Origin: Phreatobacter sp. | GTDB taxonomy: Bacteria; Pseudomonadota; Alphaproteobacteria; Rhizobiales; Phreatobacteraceae | Length of the DNA stretch: 64,000 nucleotides | Reading direction: 5' to 3' | NCBI GenBank assembly: GCA_019749835.1 | Contig: JAIEPJ010000073.1 | Coordinates: 23,660-87,659, forward strand | Shown here: piece by piece, positions 29,624 through 39,641 of the stretch | Position numbering within the stretch: position 1 is the stretch's first letter | How the letters are laid out: each line of letters starts with the position of its first letter | Program-made: the position numbers and the translations under genes | The notes under the pieces: model-generated | What the model saw: the letters and a program-made list of their open reading frames with translations, nothing else | Told to the model about the DNA's origin: nothing | Database searches by the model: none

Positions 29624-32110
29624 TCAGAAGCGCGTGCCGCCCGAGAAGCGGAAGGCCTGCGTCTGGTCGCCCCTCGCCTTGGAGAGGACGAAGGAATAGT
29701 CGAAGCGGATCGGGCCGAAGGGCGAATTCCACAACAGACCGACACCGACGGAGGAGCGGATCTTGTGGGCATCGGAGCCGTCGAGCGTGACGGGGAGATT
29801 CACACCGCCGACACCGGTATTGAGCGAGCGGATCGAATTATAGCCCCAGACAGAGCCGGCATCGGCATAGAGGGCGCCGCGCATGCCGAAGTCACGCGGC
29901 AGGAAGGTAATCGGGAAGGTGACCTCCGCCGAAGCACCCCAATACATGGTGCCACCGATCGCGTCGGCATCCCGGTTGATGCCCTGGGCCGCAGCCGCCT
30001 GCCGGATGGCAAAGTCACGCGGACCGATACCGGCCGTCTGGAAGCCGCGCACGAGTTCCGGACCCATGAAGAACTGATCGACGGAGTCGAGCCGTCCGCC
30101 GAGACCGGCGATGTGACCGCCCTGGACGCGGAGCATACCGACCCAGTCATTGGTCAGGTCGTGATAATAGCGCGCGTCGCCCGTCGTACGGATGAACCGG
30201 GCATTGCCGCCGACACCGGCCACATCCTGACGCAGTTCGGCAAAAAGGCCCTGGGTCGGATTGGAAGCCCGATCGAGGTTCGAATAGATCAGCGAATAGC
30301 CGACCATGGAGATGAAGCGCGTGCGGTTGTTGATCGCGCGCAGAGCCGCCGAGACCTCGCCATCCCGAAGACAGCTGTGAGGATCCGTCGCCTCGAAGAA
30401 CTGGCCGTTGGAATAGCGGCTCAGCTGGCCGCCATAACCAGTAAAGCAGTTCAACTGGTCATCGCGCATGGAAATGCGCTGCGACACGGCGCTGTAGCGC
30501 AACTGCAGGGCGAACTGCTCGGTGATCGGAATACCCAGACGCAGCGTGCCGCCATACGACGTCGATTCGAACGGCTGGAAGCTGGCGCGGCTGGTGTGCC
30601 GGTAGAACAGGTCGAAGCCACCCGACAGACGGTACTCCATCAGGAAGGGTTCGGTGAACGAGAAGTTGATGCCACGCGAGCGCTGGCCATACATGCCGCC
30701 GAGGCGGACGAACTGGCCGCGACCGAGGAAGTTACGCTCCTCGACGGAGGCCTCTGCGATGAAGCCGTCAGCCGTCGAAAAGCCCCCAGCGATGGAGAAG
30801 GCACCCGTCGGCTGGTCCTGAACCTCAACGTTGACGATCACGCGATCGGCAGCCGAACCCGGCTCGGTCGTGATCTTCACATCCTTGAAGAACCCGAGAT
30901 TCTTCAGGCGGCGCTCGGCACGGTCCACGAGAACGCGGTTATAGGCATCGCCCTCAGCCATATCGAACTCGCGGCGGATAACGCGGTCCTGGGTGCGGGT
31001 GTTGCCGCGCACGTTGATGCGCTCGACATAGACCCGCGGACCTTCCTCCACGACATAGACGAGGTTGACGGTGAGCGTCGAAGGGTCCCGCTCGCCGCGC
31101 GGGCGCACGGAGGCGAAGGCATAGCCGCGACGGGCGACCTCGAGGGTCACGTCTTCAAGCGACTTGTCGACGAGTTCGACATTGTAGACCGCGCCAGGCG
31201 CCGTCTTCACGGCGCTGCGGAGGGTCGCGCCATCGACGTCGCGGATGTTCGACTGCACGTCCACCGTGCCGATCCGGTACTGCGGGCCTTCCTCGATCTC
31301 GATATAGACCGTGAAGGAATTGGCCGCCTGGTCGAAATCGGCGCGGGCCGAGAGGATGCGCATGTCGACATAGCCGGCACGCAGGTAGAGCCGGCGGATC
31401 GCCTCCTGGTCGGCATTGAGGCGGTCGGCGTCATAGACGTCGTTCGACTTCAGCCAGGACAGGATGCCGCTCTCCGCGGTCGACATCACGTCGAGCAGGC
31501 GCTGGCGGCCGAAGGCGTTGTTGCCGACGAAATTGATGGCGCGGACGCCGGCCTTCTTGCCCTCGGTGATCTCGAAGATGAGGTCGATACGGCCATTCGG
31601 CTGCTCGATGGTCTTCGGAACGATCTCGACCTCGTAGCGGCCGGTGCGGCGGTAGACGTCGTAAAGACGCTGGGTATCGGACTGGACCGTGGCGCGGGAG
31701 AAGGTGCCGCGCGCCCGCGACTCGATCTCACCCTGCAACTGCTCGGTCTTCAGGCGACGGTTGCCCTCGAACACGACGCGATTGATGACTTCGTTCTCGG
31801 CGACCTGAACGACGAGGCGGCCGCCCTGGCGGCTCACGCGCACGTCGCGGAAAAGGCCGGTCGCATACATGGCCTTGATGGCCTCGTCGACGCGGGCGGC
31901 GGAGAGCGGCTCACCCGGGCCGGTGCGGAAATAGGACCGCACCGTATCTGCCTCGATGCGCCGGTTGCCCTGGACGACGATCGCCCCTGCGGACTGCGCA
32001 TAAACCTCTGTCGAGAGCACCATGCCCGCGGTCGTGGCCATCACCACGCCCACTGCGGTCATCGTCCCTGCGATCACGACCGTTCGGACCGTCCGAGCGA
32101 AAGAAGTCAT
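29624..32110 (-). CDS. bamA: Outer membrane protein assembly factor BamA
   Basis: Five POTRA repeats (GNRRIE, GNTRTQDRVIRRE), ERNFLGRGQ, VRGF motif, WNSPFGP, C-terminal Phe. Confidence 0.97.
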   Translation of the reverse strand: MTSFARTVRTVVIAGTMTAVGVVMATTAGMVLSTEVYAQSAGAIVVQGNRRIEADTVRSYFRTGPGEPLSAARVDEAIKAMYATGLFRDVRVSRQGGRLVVQVAENEVINRVVFEGNRRLKTEQLQGEIESRARGTFSRATVQSDTQRLYDVYRRTGRYEVEIVPKTIEQPNGRIDLIFEITEGKKAGVRAINFVGNNAFGRQRLLDVMSTAESGILSWLKSNDVYDADRLNADQEAIRRLYLRAGYVDMRILSARADFDQAANSFTVYIEIEEGPQYRIGTVDVQSNIRDVDGATLRSAVKTAPGAVYNVELVDKSLEDVTLEVARRGYAFASVRPRGERDPSTLTVNLVYVVEEGPRVYVERINVRGNTRTQDRVIRREFDMAEGDAYNRVLVDRAERRLKNLGFFKDVKITTEPGSAADRVIVNVEVQDQPTGAFSIAGGFSTADGFIAEASVEERNFLGRGQFVRLGGMYGQRSRGINFSFTEPFLMEYRLSGGFDLFYRHTSRASFQPFESTSYGGTLRLGIPITEQFALQLRYSAVSQRISMRDDQLNCFTGYGGQLSRYSNGQFFEATDPHSCLRDGEVSAALRAINNRTRFISMVGYSLIYSNLDRASNPTQGLFAELRQDVAGVGGNARFIRTTGDARYYHDLTNDWVGMLRVQGGHIAGLGGRLDSVDQFFMGPELVRGFQTAGIGPRDFAIRQAAAAQGINRDADAIGGTMYWGASAEVTFPITFLPRDFGMRGALYADAGSVWGYNSIRSLNTGVGGVNLPVTLDGSDAHKIRSSVGVGLLWNSPFGPIRFDYSFVLSKARGDQTQAFRFSGGTRF

Positions 32111-32276
32111 GAAGCACGCGCCTGTCTGTTAGTTATGTCGGTTTCACGCGAACGCGAACCACCCGTGGATTCCGCCCGGGCGACACGCTTGTAACCGGTT
32201 TGTCCCGGAGTGCAAACCGCACCGCCGAGCCTCTGCCGGTTTTTCGAAATCCGTTGCTGGATCGCCACGCCTGCCA

Positions 32277-33419
32277 TCAGCCGACGAGCCCCCGGATGTC
32301 GTTCCAGGTGGCGAAGATCATCAGCATCAGAACCAGCGCCAAACCGAAGCGAAACGCCATTTCCTGGGCCCCTTCGCTCATCGGACGACCGCGTACGGCC
32401 TCGATCGCATAGAAGACCAGATGGCCGCCGTCGAGCATCGGAATGGGGAAGAGGTTGAGCAGGCCGATGGACACCGAGATCAGCGCGGCAAGGCTCAGGA
32501 GCGCGACGAATCCGATCTGAGCGGCCTCGCCCGAGACCTGGGCGATTCTGATCGGGCCGCCAAGCTGGTCGGCACTCTGGGTGCCCATGATGACGCCGCC
32601 GAGATAGGCAAAGGTCCGGTCGACCACGAACCAGGTTTCCTTCATGCCCATCCAGGTGGCGGTGAAGGGATCGTAGCGGCGGATCTGCGTGTCCCCAGCC
32701 TGGTTGGAGCGCGAGATGCCGAGGCGGCCGATGCGATGGGTGCCGCCGAAGCGATCCTTGAATTCGTAGACGGTCGGAACGGCGGTCAGGTCGATCTCGC
32801 GACCGTCGCGCTGGACCTTGATGGACAGGGTCTCGCCGGCGCTGGCGCCAACGATCCGCTGCATGTCGGAGAAGCTCTCGATCGACCGTCCGCCGACGGC
32901 GACGACGAGATCGCCCGGCTGAAACCCCGCCTTGGCCGCCGCGCTGTCGGCCACGATGGTCTCGACGCGCGGCTGGGTGATGGGCTTGCCGAAGACGGTG
33001 AAGACGACGGCGAAGATGACGATGGCGAGGATAAAATTGGCGATAGGGCCGGCCGCGACAATCGCCGCACGCTGGCCGATGCTCTTGTGGAAGAAACTCT
33101 CCGAGCGTTGTTCCTCGGTCATGGTCGAGGCGGTCTCGAAATCGGGTTTCGAGGCGGCATCGGCATCGCCATAGAACTTGACGTAGCCGCCGAGCGGGAT
33201 GGCGCAGAACTTCCAGCGCGTGCCGTGCCGGTCATTGAAACCGACGAGCTCCCGTCCGAAGCCGACCGAAAACACCTCGACCCGCACGCCATTGCGGCGC
33301 GCGACCCAGAAGTGCCCGAGCTCGTGGAAGAACACCACGACGGTCAGCACGAACAGGAACGGAATGATGGTCCAGATCAGGGTCTGGCCCCATCCGCCCA
33401 GAGCGGAAACCACGTTCAT
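32277..33419 (-). CDS. rseP: RIP metalloprotease RseP (site-2 protease with PDZ domain)
   Basis: HELGH, IPLGGYVK, AGPIANF, PDZ domain, NLFPIPMLDGG. Confidence 0.96.
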   Translation of the reverse strand: MNVVSALGGWGQTLIWTIIPFLFVLTVVVFFHELGHFWVARRNGVRVEVFSVGFGRELVGFNDRHGTRWKFCAIPLGGYVKFYGDADAASKPDFETASTMTEEQRSESFFHKSIGQRAAIVAAGPIANFILAIVIFAVVFTVFGKPITQPRVETIVADSAAAKAGFQPGDLVVAVGGRSIESFSDMQRIVGASAGETLSIKVQRDGREIDLTAVPTVYEFKDRFGGTHRIGRLGISRSNQAGDTQIRRYDPFTATWMGMKETWFVVDRTFAYLGGVIMGTQSADQLGGPIRIAQVSGEAAQIGFVALLSLAALISVSIGLLNLFPIPMLDGGHLVFYAIEAVRGRPMSEGAQEMAFRFGLALVLMLMIFATWNDIRGLVG

Positions 33420-33474
33420 TGCATTGTCCCATGGATACGAGCCCTGGAAGTCCCGGACTCATACCCTCCCAAAA

Positions 33475-34644
33475 TCAAGATGCCGCAGCCGGTGCGTTAA
33501 GCATAGTGGCCCTCGCCCGCTGTCGTGCGGCATGGTCAATCAACCATAAATCGTCCAATGTGGCCGGAGCGGGGCCAACCCCTTCCGCCGCCAGCACGCT
33601 CTCGACGATACCAGCGATGGTGGCAAAGCCGATCCGTCGGGCGAGGAAAGCTTCGACAGCCACTTCATTGGCCGCGTTCAGCACCGTCGGCGCCCTGCCC
33701 CCGGCAGCCATGGACTCGATGGCGAGGCGCAACGCCGGAAACCGCACCAGATCCGGCTCCTCGAAGGTCAGCGTGGCGATCGCCGCGAAGTCGAGCCGCC
33801 GGGACGGCCCGTCGATCCTTTCGGGAAAGCCCAGGCAGTGGGCGATGGGCACCCGCATGTCCGCAGCGCCAAGTTGGGCGACGATCGAGCCGTCGCGATA
33901 GCCGACCATGCCGTGGACCACCTGCTGCGGGTGGATCAGCGCCCTGAGACGATCGGGCGGCAGCGAGAAAAGGTGATGGGCTTCAATCAGTTCGAGGCCC
34001 TTGTTCATCAGGCCGGCGGAATCGACCGTGACCTTCGCCCCCATGGAATAGTTCGGGTGCTTGAGGGCGTCCTCGGGTCGCGCCGCCGCGATCGCAGCCG
34101 AGTCCCAGGTGCGGAACGGCCCGCCCGACGCGGTGATCCAGACCGTCTCGACATCCTCCATGCGCGAGCCGGCGAGTGCCTGGAAGACCGCGTTGTGCTC
34201 GGAATCGACGGGAAGCACCTGCACCCCCCGAGCACGGGCCGCTCCCATGACCATGGCGCCCGCCGCGACGAGGCTTTCCTTGTTGGCGAGCGCCACCGTC
34301 GTGCCCTGACCGATGGCGGCGAGAACCGGCTCGACGCCGGCCGCGCCCGAGATTGCGGCGACGACCATATCCGCCGGCCGTGCCGCGGCGGCGGCGACTG
34401 CCGCCGGGCCGGCGCCGGTCTCGATCCCGGTTCCTGCCAGGGCGTCTCGCAAGGCCGGGTAGGCAGATTCGTCGGCGACTGCGGCAAATCGCGCGCCGAG
34501 GTCGCGGGCGATGCGGGCAAGGCCCGCCGCATCGCCGTTCGCTGTCACCGCCTCGATGGGGAACCGGTCGCGATGGCGCGCGACGATGTCCAGAGCGCTG
34601 GTCCCGACCGAACCCGTGGCGCCCAGAATCGTCAGCCTGCGCAT
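33475..34644 (-). CDS. dxr: 1-deoxy-D-xylulose-5-phosphate reductoisomerase
   Basis: ILGATGSVG, LANKESLV, PVDSEH, TASGGPFR, HPNYSMGAKVTVDSA, NAANEVAV; alternative start at 34656. Confidence 0.97.
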   Translation of the reverse strand: MRRLTILGATGSVGTSALDIVARHRDRFPIEAVTANGDAAGLARIARDLGARFAAVADESAYPALRDALAGTGIETGAGPAAVAAAAARPADMVVAAISGAAGVEPVLAAIGQGTTVALANKESLVAAGAMVMGAARARGVQVLPVDSEHNAVFQALAGSRMEDVETVWITASGGPFRTWDSAAIAAARPEDALKHPNYSMGAKVTVDSAGLMNKGLELIEAHHLFSLPPDRLRALIHPQQVVHGMVGYRDGSIVAQLGAADMRVPIAHCLGFPERIDGPSRRLDFAAIATLTFEEPDLVRFPALRLAIESMAAGGRAPTVLNAANEVAVEAFLARRIGFATIAGIVESVLAAEGVGPAPATLDDLWLIDHAARQRARATMLNAPAAAS

Positions 34645-34649
34645 GCCGT

Positions 34650-35498
34650 TCACCATACCGGCACGCCAGCCGCCGGATTGCCGACGCCGCCGCGCATCAG
34701 GCCGAGAGCGGCAGCGGCGACGGCAGCGACGAGAAAGCCATCGAGACGGTCCATGACCCCGCCATGGCCGGGGATGATCGACCCGGCATCCTTGGCGGCA
34801 AAGCGGCGCTTGACGGAGGATTCGAAAAGGTCGCCGCCCTGGCTGAGGGCCGCGATCGCCCAGGTCGTGAGCGCGAGCCCGACGCTGAGCTGCAGGCCGG
34901 CCATCTTCACCACGAGGAGAGCGATCGCCGTGCCGATCAAGGTTCCACCAATGAAACCTGACCAGGTCTTCTTCGGCGACAATTGCGGCCAAAGCTTCGG
35001 GCCACCGATCGACCGCCCGGCGAAATAGGCGGCCACATCGGTGCCCCAGACCACGGCGAAGAGCCAGAGAATGGCAACGAAGCCGAGATTGTTGTCGTCC
35101 CGCAGGATCGTCGGACCGAGAACCACCGCGGCCGCGTAGAGAAGGCCGGCGATCGCCCAGCGCGACCGCCCCTGCGGGCTCAGCGCCAGTGCGACGCCCG
35201 CCCCGGCGCCGAGGGCGACCATGGCAAAACCCGGATTGAGGAAATAGCGCTCGAGACCGAGGGCGACGGTCAGCGCGGCCAGTTCGCCGACATAAAGCGA
35301 CAGCGGCGCACCCGGCAGGACGAGGCGGTTCCACTCGCGCAGGACCAGCGCGGCGCCAAAGAGCCAGAGGAGAGCGAACGGCCAGTCGCCGAGCCAGGCG
35401 GTGAAGATCGCCACGGGGATCAGCACCAGGGCGGACAGGATCCGCTTCTTCAGGTCGGGATCGGAAAAGGCCCCGGCGGGGCGCTCGTCGGGGCGCAT
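34650..35498 (-). CDS. cdsA: Phosphatidate cytidylyltransferase
   Basis: D..AYF.GR.IGGPKLWP.LSPKKTWSG, GDLFES..KR...KDAG.IIPGHGGVMDRLD. Confidence 0.95.
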   Translation of the reverse strand: MRPDERPAGAFSDPDLKKRILSALVLIPVAIFTAWLGDWPFALLWLFGAALVLREWNRLVLPGAPLSLYVGELAALTVALGLERYFLNPGFAMVALGAGAGVALALSPQGRSRWAIAGLLYAAAVVLGPTILRDDNNLGFVAILWLFAVVWGTDVAAYFAGRSIGGPKLWPQLSPKKTWSGFIGGTLIGTAIALLVVKMAGLQLSVGLALTTWAIAALSQGGDLFESSVKRRFAAKDAGSIIPGHGGVMDRLDGFLVAAVAAAALGLMRGGVGNPAAGVPVW

Positions 35499-35499
35499 G

Positions 35500-36273
35500 T
35501 CAGGCGCCGACGGCGCCGAGGCCGCCATAGCGACGCTCGCGGCGGCCATATTCGACGAGCGCCTCCATCAGCGCCTCGCGGCCATAGTCGGGCCAGAGAA
35601 TGGTCTGGAAGACAAGCTCGGCATAGGCCGACTGCCACATCAGGAAGTTGGACAGGCGCATCTCGCCGGATGTGCGGATGACGAGGTCGGGATCGGGCAC
35701 ACCGGCCGTATTGAGGCGCGTCGCGATCGCCTCGGGCGTGATGCTCGCAGCGCTGCGATCCCCGCGCGCCACCTCTTCGGCCAGGGCCCGGGCCGCCGCA
35801 GCGATCTCCTGGCGCGACCCGTAGTTGAAGGCGACGATGAGCGTTTGCCTGGTATTGCCGCGGGTCAGGGCTTCGGCCTCGGTCAGCAGCAGGCGGATGT
35901 CGGGCTCGAGGCTGTCACGATCACCGGCGATGAGGACGCGCACGCCGGCCTCATGCAGTTCCGCCAGATCGTTGCGGATGAAGCGCTTGAGGAGGCCCAT
36001 CAGGGCCGAGACCTCGGCCGGTGGCCGCGACCAGTTCTCGGAGGAGAACGAATAGACGGTCACGATCTCGATGCCGATCTCGCGGGCGGCACGCAGGGTC
36101 CGCCGGAGCGCGTCGACACCGCGGCGGTGGCCCTCGATGCGAGGCAGGCCGCGCTGCTTCGCCCAGCGGCCGTTCCCGTCCATGATGATGGCGACATGGC
36201 GCGGCAGGGTCGCCGGCGCTGCTGTCGCAACGCCGTGTTCCGCGGCCAGGCCTTGTCGGTCCACCATGGTCAT
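35500..36273 (-). CDS. uppS: Undecaprenyl diphosphate synthase (isoprenyl transferase)
   Basis: [45 protein letters not shown]. Confidence 0.97.
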   Translation of the reverse strand: MTMVDRQGLAAEHGVATAAPATLPRHVAIIMDGNGRWAKQRGLPRIEGHRRGVDALRRTLRAAREIGIEIVTVYSFSSENWSRPPAEVSALMGLLKRFIRNDLAELHEAGVRVLIAGDRDSLEPDIRLLLTEAEALTRGNTRQTLIVAFNYGSRQEIAAAARALAEEVARGDRSAASITPEAIATRLNTAGVPDPDLVIRTSGEMRLSNFLMWQSAYAELVFQTILWPDYGREALMEALVEYGRRERRYGGLGAVGA

Positions 36274-36287
36274 GTCCGTGTCCGCGC

Positions 36288-36854
36288 TCAGACCGTCATG
36301 ATCTCTTTTTCCTTCTGCGCAAGCAGCTGGTCGATCTCGGCGATGTGCTTATCGGTTTCCTTCTGGACCTGTTCGGCGGCGCGGACGTTCTCGTCCTCGC
36401 TCATCGAGTGATCCTTCTCCTTGGCCTTCAGGATGTCCATGCCGTCACGGCGGACATGACGCACCGCGACGCGTGCGCCCTCGGCATATTTGTGCGCGAC
36501 CTTGACCATGTCCTTGCGGCGATCCTGCGTCAGCTCGGGGATGCGCAGGCGGATGACCTGACCCTCGGTCTGCGGATTGAGACCCAGGCTCGACTCGCGG
36601 ATGGCCTTCTCCACCGGACCGACCATGGAGCGGTCCCAGACCTGTACCGACAGCAGGCGCGGCTCGGGCACGCTCACCGTGGCGACCTGGTTGACATGCA
36701 TCGACTGGCCATAGGCCTCAACCTGAATCGGGTCGAGCAGGTTCGGCGACGCGCGACCGGTGCGGAGCGTTCCCAACTCGTGCTTGAAGGATGCGATCGA
36801 GCTCTGCATGCGCCGCGAGATGTCGGCAAGATCGAAGGTCGGGGACGCGGCCAT
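36288..36854 (-). CDS. frr: Ribosome recycling factor
   Basis: [33 protein letters not shown] 36854. Confidence 0.97.
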   Translation of the reverse strand: MAASPTFDLADISRRMQSSIASFKHELGTLRTGRASPNLLDPIQVEAYGQSMHVNQVATVSVPEPRLLSVQVWDRSMVGPVEKAIRESSLGLNPQTEGQVIRLRIPELTQDRRKDMVKVAHKYAEGARVAVRHVRRDGMDILKAKEKDHSMSEDENVRAAEQVQKETDKHIAEIDQLLAQKEKEIMTV

Positions 36855-36910
36855 GGGGTACGCCTCTTGGAAATTGCGCGGAGACATCCGCGGGAAGGTC
36901 GGTTTCGCGG

Positions 36911-37627
36911 TCAGACGGTGACCACGGTGCAACGGCCCTCGCCCGCCAGCACCGACGCGACCGCGCCGGGGGCATCGAGGGAGAACACGATTATCGGAAG
37001 TCGGTTCTCCCGGGCAAGCGCGAAGGCGGCGGTGTCCATGACCTTGAGGTCGCGGGCGATCGCCTCATCGGCACTCAGCTGGTCGAACCGCACGGCCGTC
37101 GGGTCGCGCTTCGGGTCGGCGGAATAGACACCGTCGACATTGGTGCCCTTCAGAACGACGTCGCAGCCAAGCTCGGCCGCCCGCATGGTCGCAGTCGTGT
37201 CGGTTGTCAGCAGTGGCACGCCGATGCCGCCGCCGAGAACGACGATCTTGCCGGCAGCGAGATGCGCAAGCGCATGACGGACCGTGTAGACATCCAGCGC
37301 CTCCGGCACAGGTTCGGCCGAGAGCGCGACGGCCGGATGGCCGAGGGCTGTGATCTGCCCGGCCAGTGCGATCGCGTTCATGACGGTCGCCAGGCGGCCG
37401 ATCGCATCGGCATCGACGCGGCTCAGCCCGATCCCGGCGATCTGCCGGCCGCGGAAGATGTTGCCGCCACCGACCACCACCGCGATATCGGTCCCTGCCT
37501 TGGCCGCGGCAATGAGGTCCTCGGCGATGATCCGGACGGTCTTGGCGTCGAAGCCGAAATCCTGATCGCCGGCCAGGGCTTCGCCAGACACTTTCACCAG
37601 CGCGCGCCTGTAGCGTGGCCCGGCCAT
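36911..37627 (-). CDS. pyrH: UMP kinase (amino-acid-kinase fold), divergent in the nucleobase pocket
   Basis: [39 protein letters not shown]; canonical position upstream of frr. Confidence 0.9.
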   Translation of the reverse strand: MAGPRYRRALVKVSGEALAGDQDFGFDAKTVRIIAEDLIAAAKAGTDIAVVVGGGNIFRGRQIAGIGLSRVDADAIGRLATVMNAIALAGQITALGHPAVALSAEPVPEALDVYTVRHALAHLAAGKIVVLGGGIGVPLLTTDTTATMRAAELGCDVVLKGTNVDGVYSADPKRDPTAVRFDQLSADEAIARDLKVMDTAAFALARENRLPIIVFSLDAPGAVASVLAGEGRCTVVTV

Positions 37628-37902
37628 ATCGTTCCCCCGATTCGCGGTCGTCACATGACGGTTGCGAGGGCCGGGTTTAGCGCAATGCCCGATCCGCGCA
37701 ACCATATTGGCGAGGCAACTGCGTCGAAGGACCCCTCGCCGCACGTCGATATCACTTGGCTTCGTGCAGATACACGATATAGGCTGAACTCGCCATCGCC
37801 CCTGGTTGTGAAGCTCGGACGTAGCGTCCCCATGCGCGCACGCCCTGCGGATCCCCGGGAGGCGTCATGGTGATGCGCGATGACTCCTAAGGCGAGGCGC
37901 CG

Positions 37903-38517
37903 ATGCCACAGTCCATACCCCGCCTGGTCGAGTTCCATTTCGATTTCGGCAGCCCCAACGCTTATTTCGCCCACAAGGTCCTGGCTGGTCTCGCCGCGCG
38001 CACCGGCGCCAGCATCCGCTATGTGCCGGTCCTTCTTGGGGGCATCTTCAAGGCGACCAACAACCGCTCCCCCTTCGAAGCCTTTGCCGGAGTGCGCAAC
38101 AAGCTCGCCTACGAACGACTGGAAATCGCCCGCTTCATTGCGCGGCACGGGCTGACCGGCTTCCAGATGAACCCATTCTTCCCGGTCAACACCCTGATCC
38201 TGATGCGTGGAGCAGTCGCCATGGACAAGGAGGGGCAGCTCGCGCCCTATGCCGAGGCTGGCTTCCACCACATGTGGGAGGAGCCGAAGAGAATGGACGA
38301 CCCGGCCGTCTTCAAGGCCGCCATGGACGCCTCGGGCTTCGACGGTGCAGCCCTGCTCGAAGCGACCCAGGCGCAAGACGTCAAGGCCGGCCTCATCGCC
38401 AATACGGAGACGTCGGTGGGCCGCGGCGCCTTTGGCGTCCCTACTTTCTTCATCGGTCCCGACATGTACTTCGGCAAGGACCGCCTGCACGAGGTCGAGC
38501 AAGCGCTCGCCGCCTGA
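37903..38517 (+). CDS. 2-hydroxychromene-2-carboxylate isomerase / kappa-class GST (DsbA-like fold)
   Basis: FHFDFGSPNAY, PVLLGGIFK, FPVNTL, RGAFGVPTFF, FGKDRL. Confidence 0.88.
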   Translation: MPQSIPRLVEFHFDFGSPNAYFAHKVLAGLAARTGASIRYVPVLLGGIFKATNNRSPFEAFAGVRNKLAYERLEIARFIARHGLTGFQMNPFFPVNTLILMRGAVAMDKEGQLAPYAEAGFHHMWEEPKRMDDPAVFKAAMDASGFDGAALLEATQAQDVKAGLIANTETSVGRGAFGVPTFFIGPDMYFGKDRLHEVEQALAA

Positions 38518-38531
38518 CCTGGGCTCGGCGC

Positions 38532-38559
38532 AAAAAAAGGGGCGGTCACCCGCCCCTTT
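38532..38559 (-). terminator. Intrinsic terminator after tsf (possibly bidirectional)
   Basis: AAAGGGGCGG-tcac-CCGCCCCTTT stem; A7 on + strand gives U7 on - strand. Confidence 0.85.
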
Positions 38560-38582
38560 CTGTGTCGTCACGTGGGACCTGT

Positions 38583-39506
38583 TCAGGACTTGATGCCAGC
38601 CTGCGCCGCGACCTCCGCAGCGAAATCGTTCTCGGCCTTCTCGATTCCCTCGCCGAGGGCGAAGCGGGTGAAGGCGGTCAGCTTGATCGGCGCGCCGACC
38701 TTGCTCTCCAACTCCTTCAGGGCCTGGGCCACGGTCTTGCCGCCGTCGTGGATATAGAGCTGCTCCAGCAGGCAGACTTCCTTGGCATAGGTCTTGATGC
38801 CCGACTCGACGATCTTGGCAATGACGTTTTCGGGCTTGCCGGCGTTCTTCTCGGCAAGAATCGCCTTCTCGCGGGCGACGACGGCCGGATCGAGGCCCTC
38901 GGCATCCAGCGCCAGCGGGTTGGCGGCGGCGACATGCATCGCGACCATGCGGCCCAGCGCGGCGAGCTCGTCCTTGTTGCCGGTCGATTCGAGCGCCACC
39001 AGCACGCCGATCTTGCCGAGGCCCGGCTCGACCGCGTTATGGATGTAGCTGCCGACGACACCGTCGGAGACCGACAGGACCGAGGCGCGACGAAGCGTCA
39101 TGTTCTCGCCGATCGTGGCGACCGCAGAGGCGATGGCGTCGGCGACCGCGCCGCCGGCGGCGACCGGCGCCGCCAGAATGGCGTCAACATCGTTGCCGGT
39201 CTTCAGCGCGACCTCGGCAATGGCCTTCACGAGGCCCTGGAACTGATCGTTGCGGGCGACGAAGTCGGTCTCGGAATTGACTTCGACCACGGCGGCCTTC
39301 GGGCCTGCCGTGACGATGCCGACGAGACCTTCCGCGGCAACGCGGCCGGCCTTCTTGGCGGCCTTCGAGAGACCCTTCTTGCGCAGCAGGTCGACCGCGG
39401 CCTCGATGTCGCCGGCGGTTTCATTCAGCGCGGACTTACAGTCCATCATGCCTGCGCCGGTCATCTCGCGCAGTTCCTTGACCATCTGGGCGGTGATGTT
39501 CGCCAT
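38583..39506 (-). CDS. tsf: Elongation factor Ts
   Basis: [38 protein letters not shown]. Confidence 0.98.
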   Translation of the reverse strand: MANITAQMVKELREMTGAGMMDCKSALNETAGDIEAAVDLLRKKGLSKAAKKAGRVAAEGLVGIVTAGPKAAVVEVNSETDFVARNDQFQGLVKAIAEVALKTGNDVDAILAAPVAAGGAVADAIASAVATIGENMTLRRASVLSVSDGVVGSYIHNAVEPGLGKIGVLVALESTGNKDELAALGRMVAMHVAAANPLALDAEGLDPAVVAREKAILAEKNAGKPENVIAKIVESGIKTYAKEVCLLEQLYIHDGGKTVAQALKELESKVGAPIKLTAFTRFALGEGIEKAENDFAAEVAAQAGIKS

Positions 39507-39641
39507 GGGTCCGTCCTCGAATTCAGTCTTGTTGGGAAGGGAAACGGCCGGCCCGCGGAAGCGAGCCGGCCGGAACTCAGAACCGATCTCCGATCGACAC
39601 GCGTTTCGTGTCGGCCGGATGACGCCGGCTGGCGGCTTGGA

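Noticed and set aside
30370-30460. Cys-flanked loop insertion in BamA
   Set aside because: Variable extracellular loop insertions with a Cys pair are ordinary in alphaproteobacterial BamA
32188-32215. TTGCAC-N16-TACAAG candidate bamA promoter on the - strand
   Set aside because: Plausible, but the match is too weak to assert without TSS data
39545-39620. Two GC-rich hairpins between rpsB and tsf as a possible ncRNA
   Set aside because: Intercistronic rpsB-tsf hairpins are ordinary attenuation or stability elements; no independent promoter or terminator evidence
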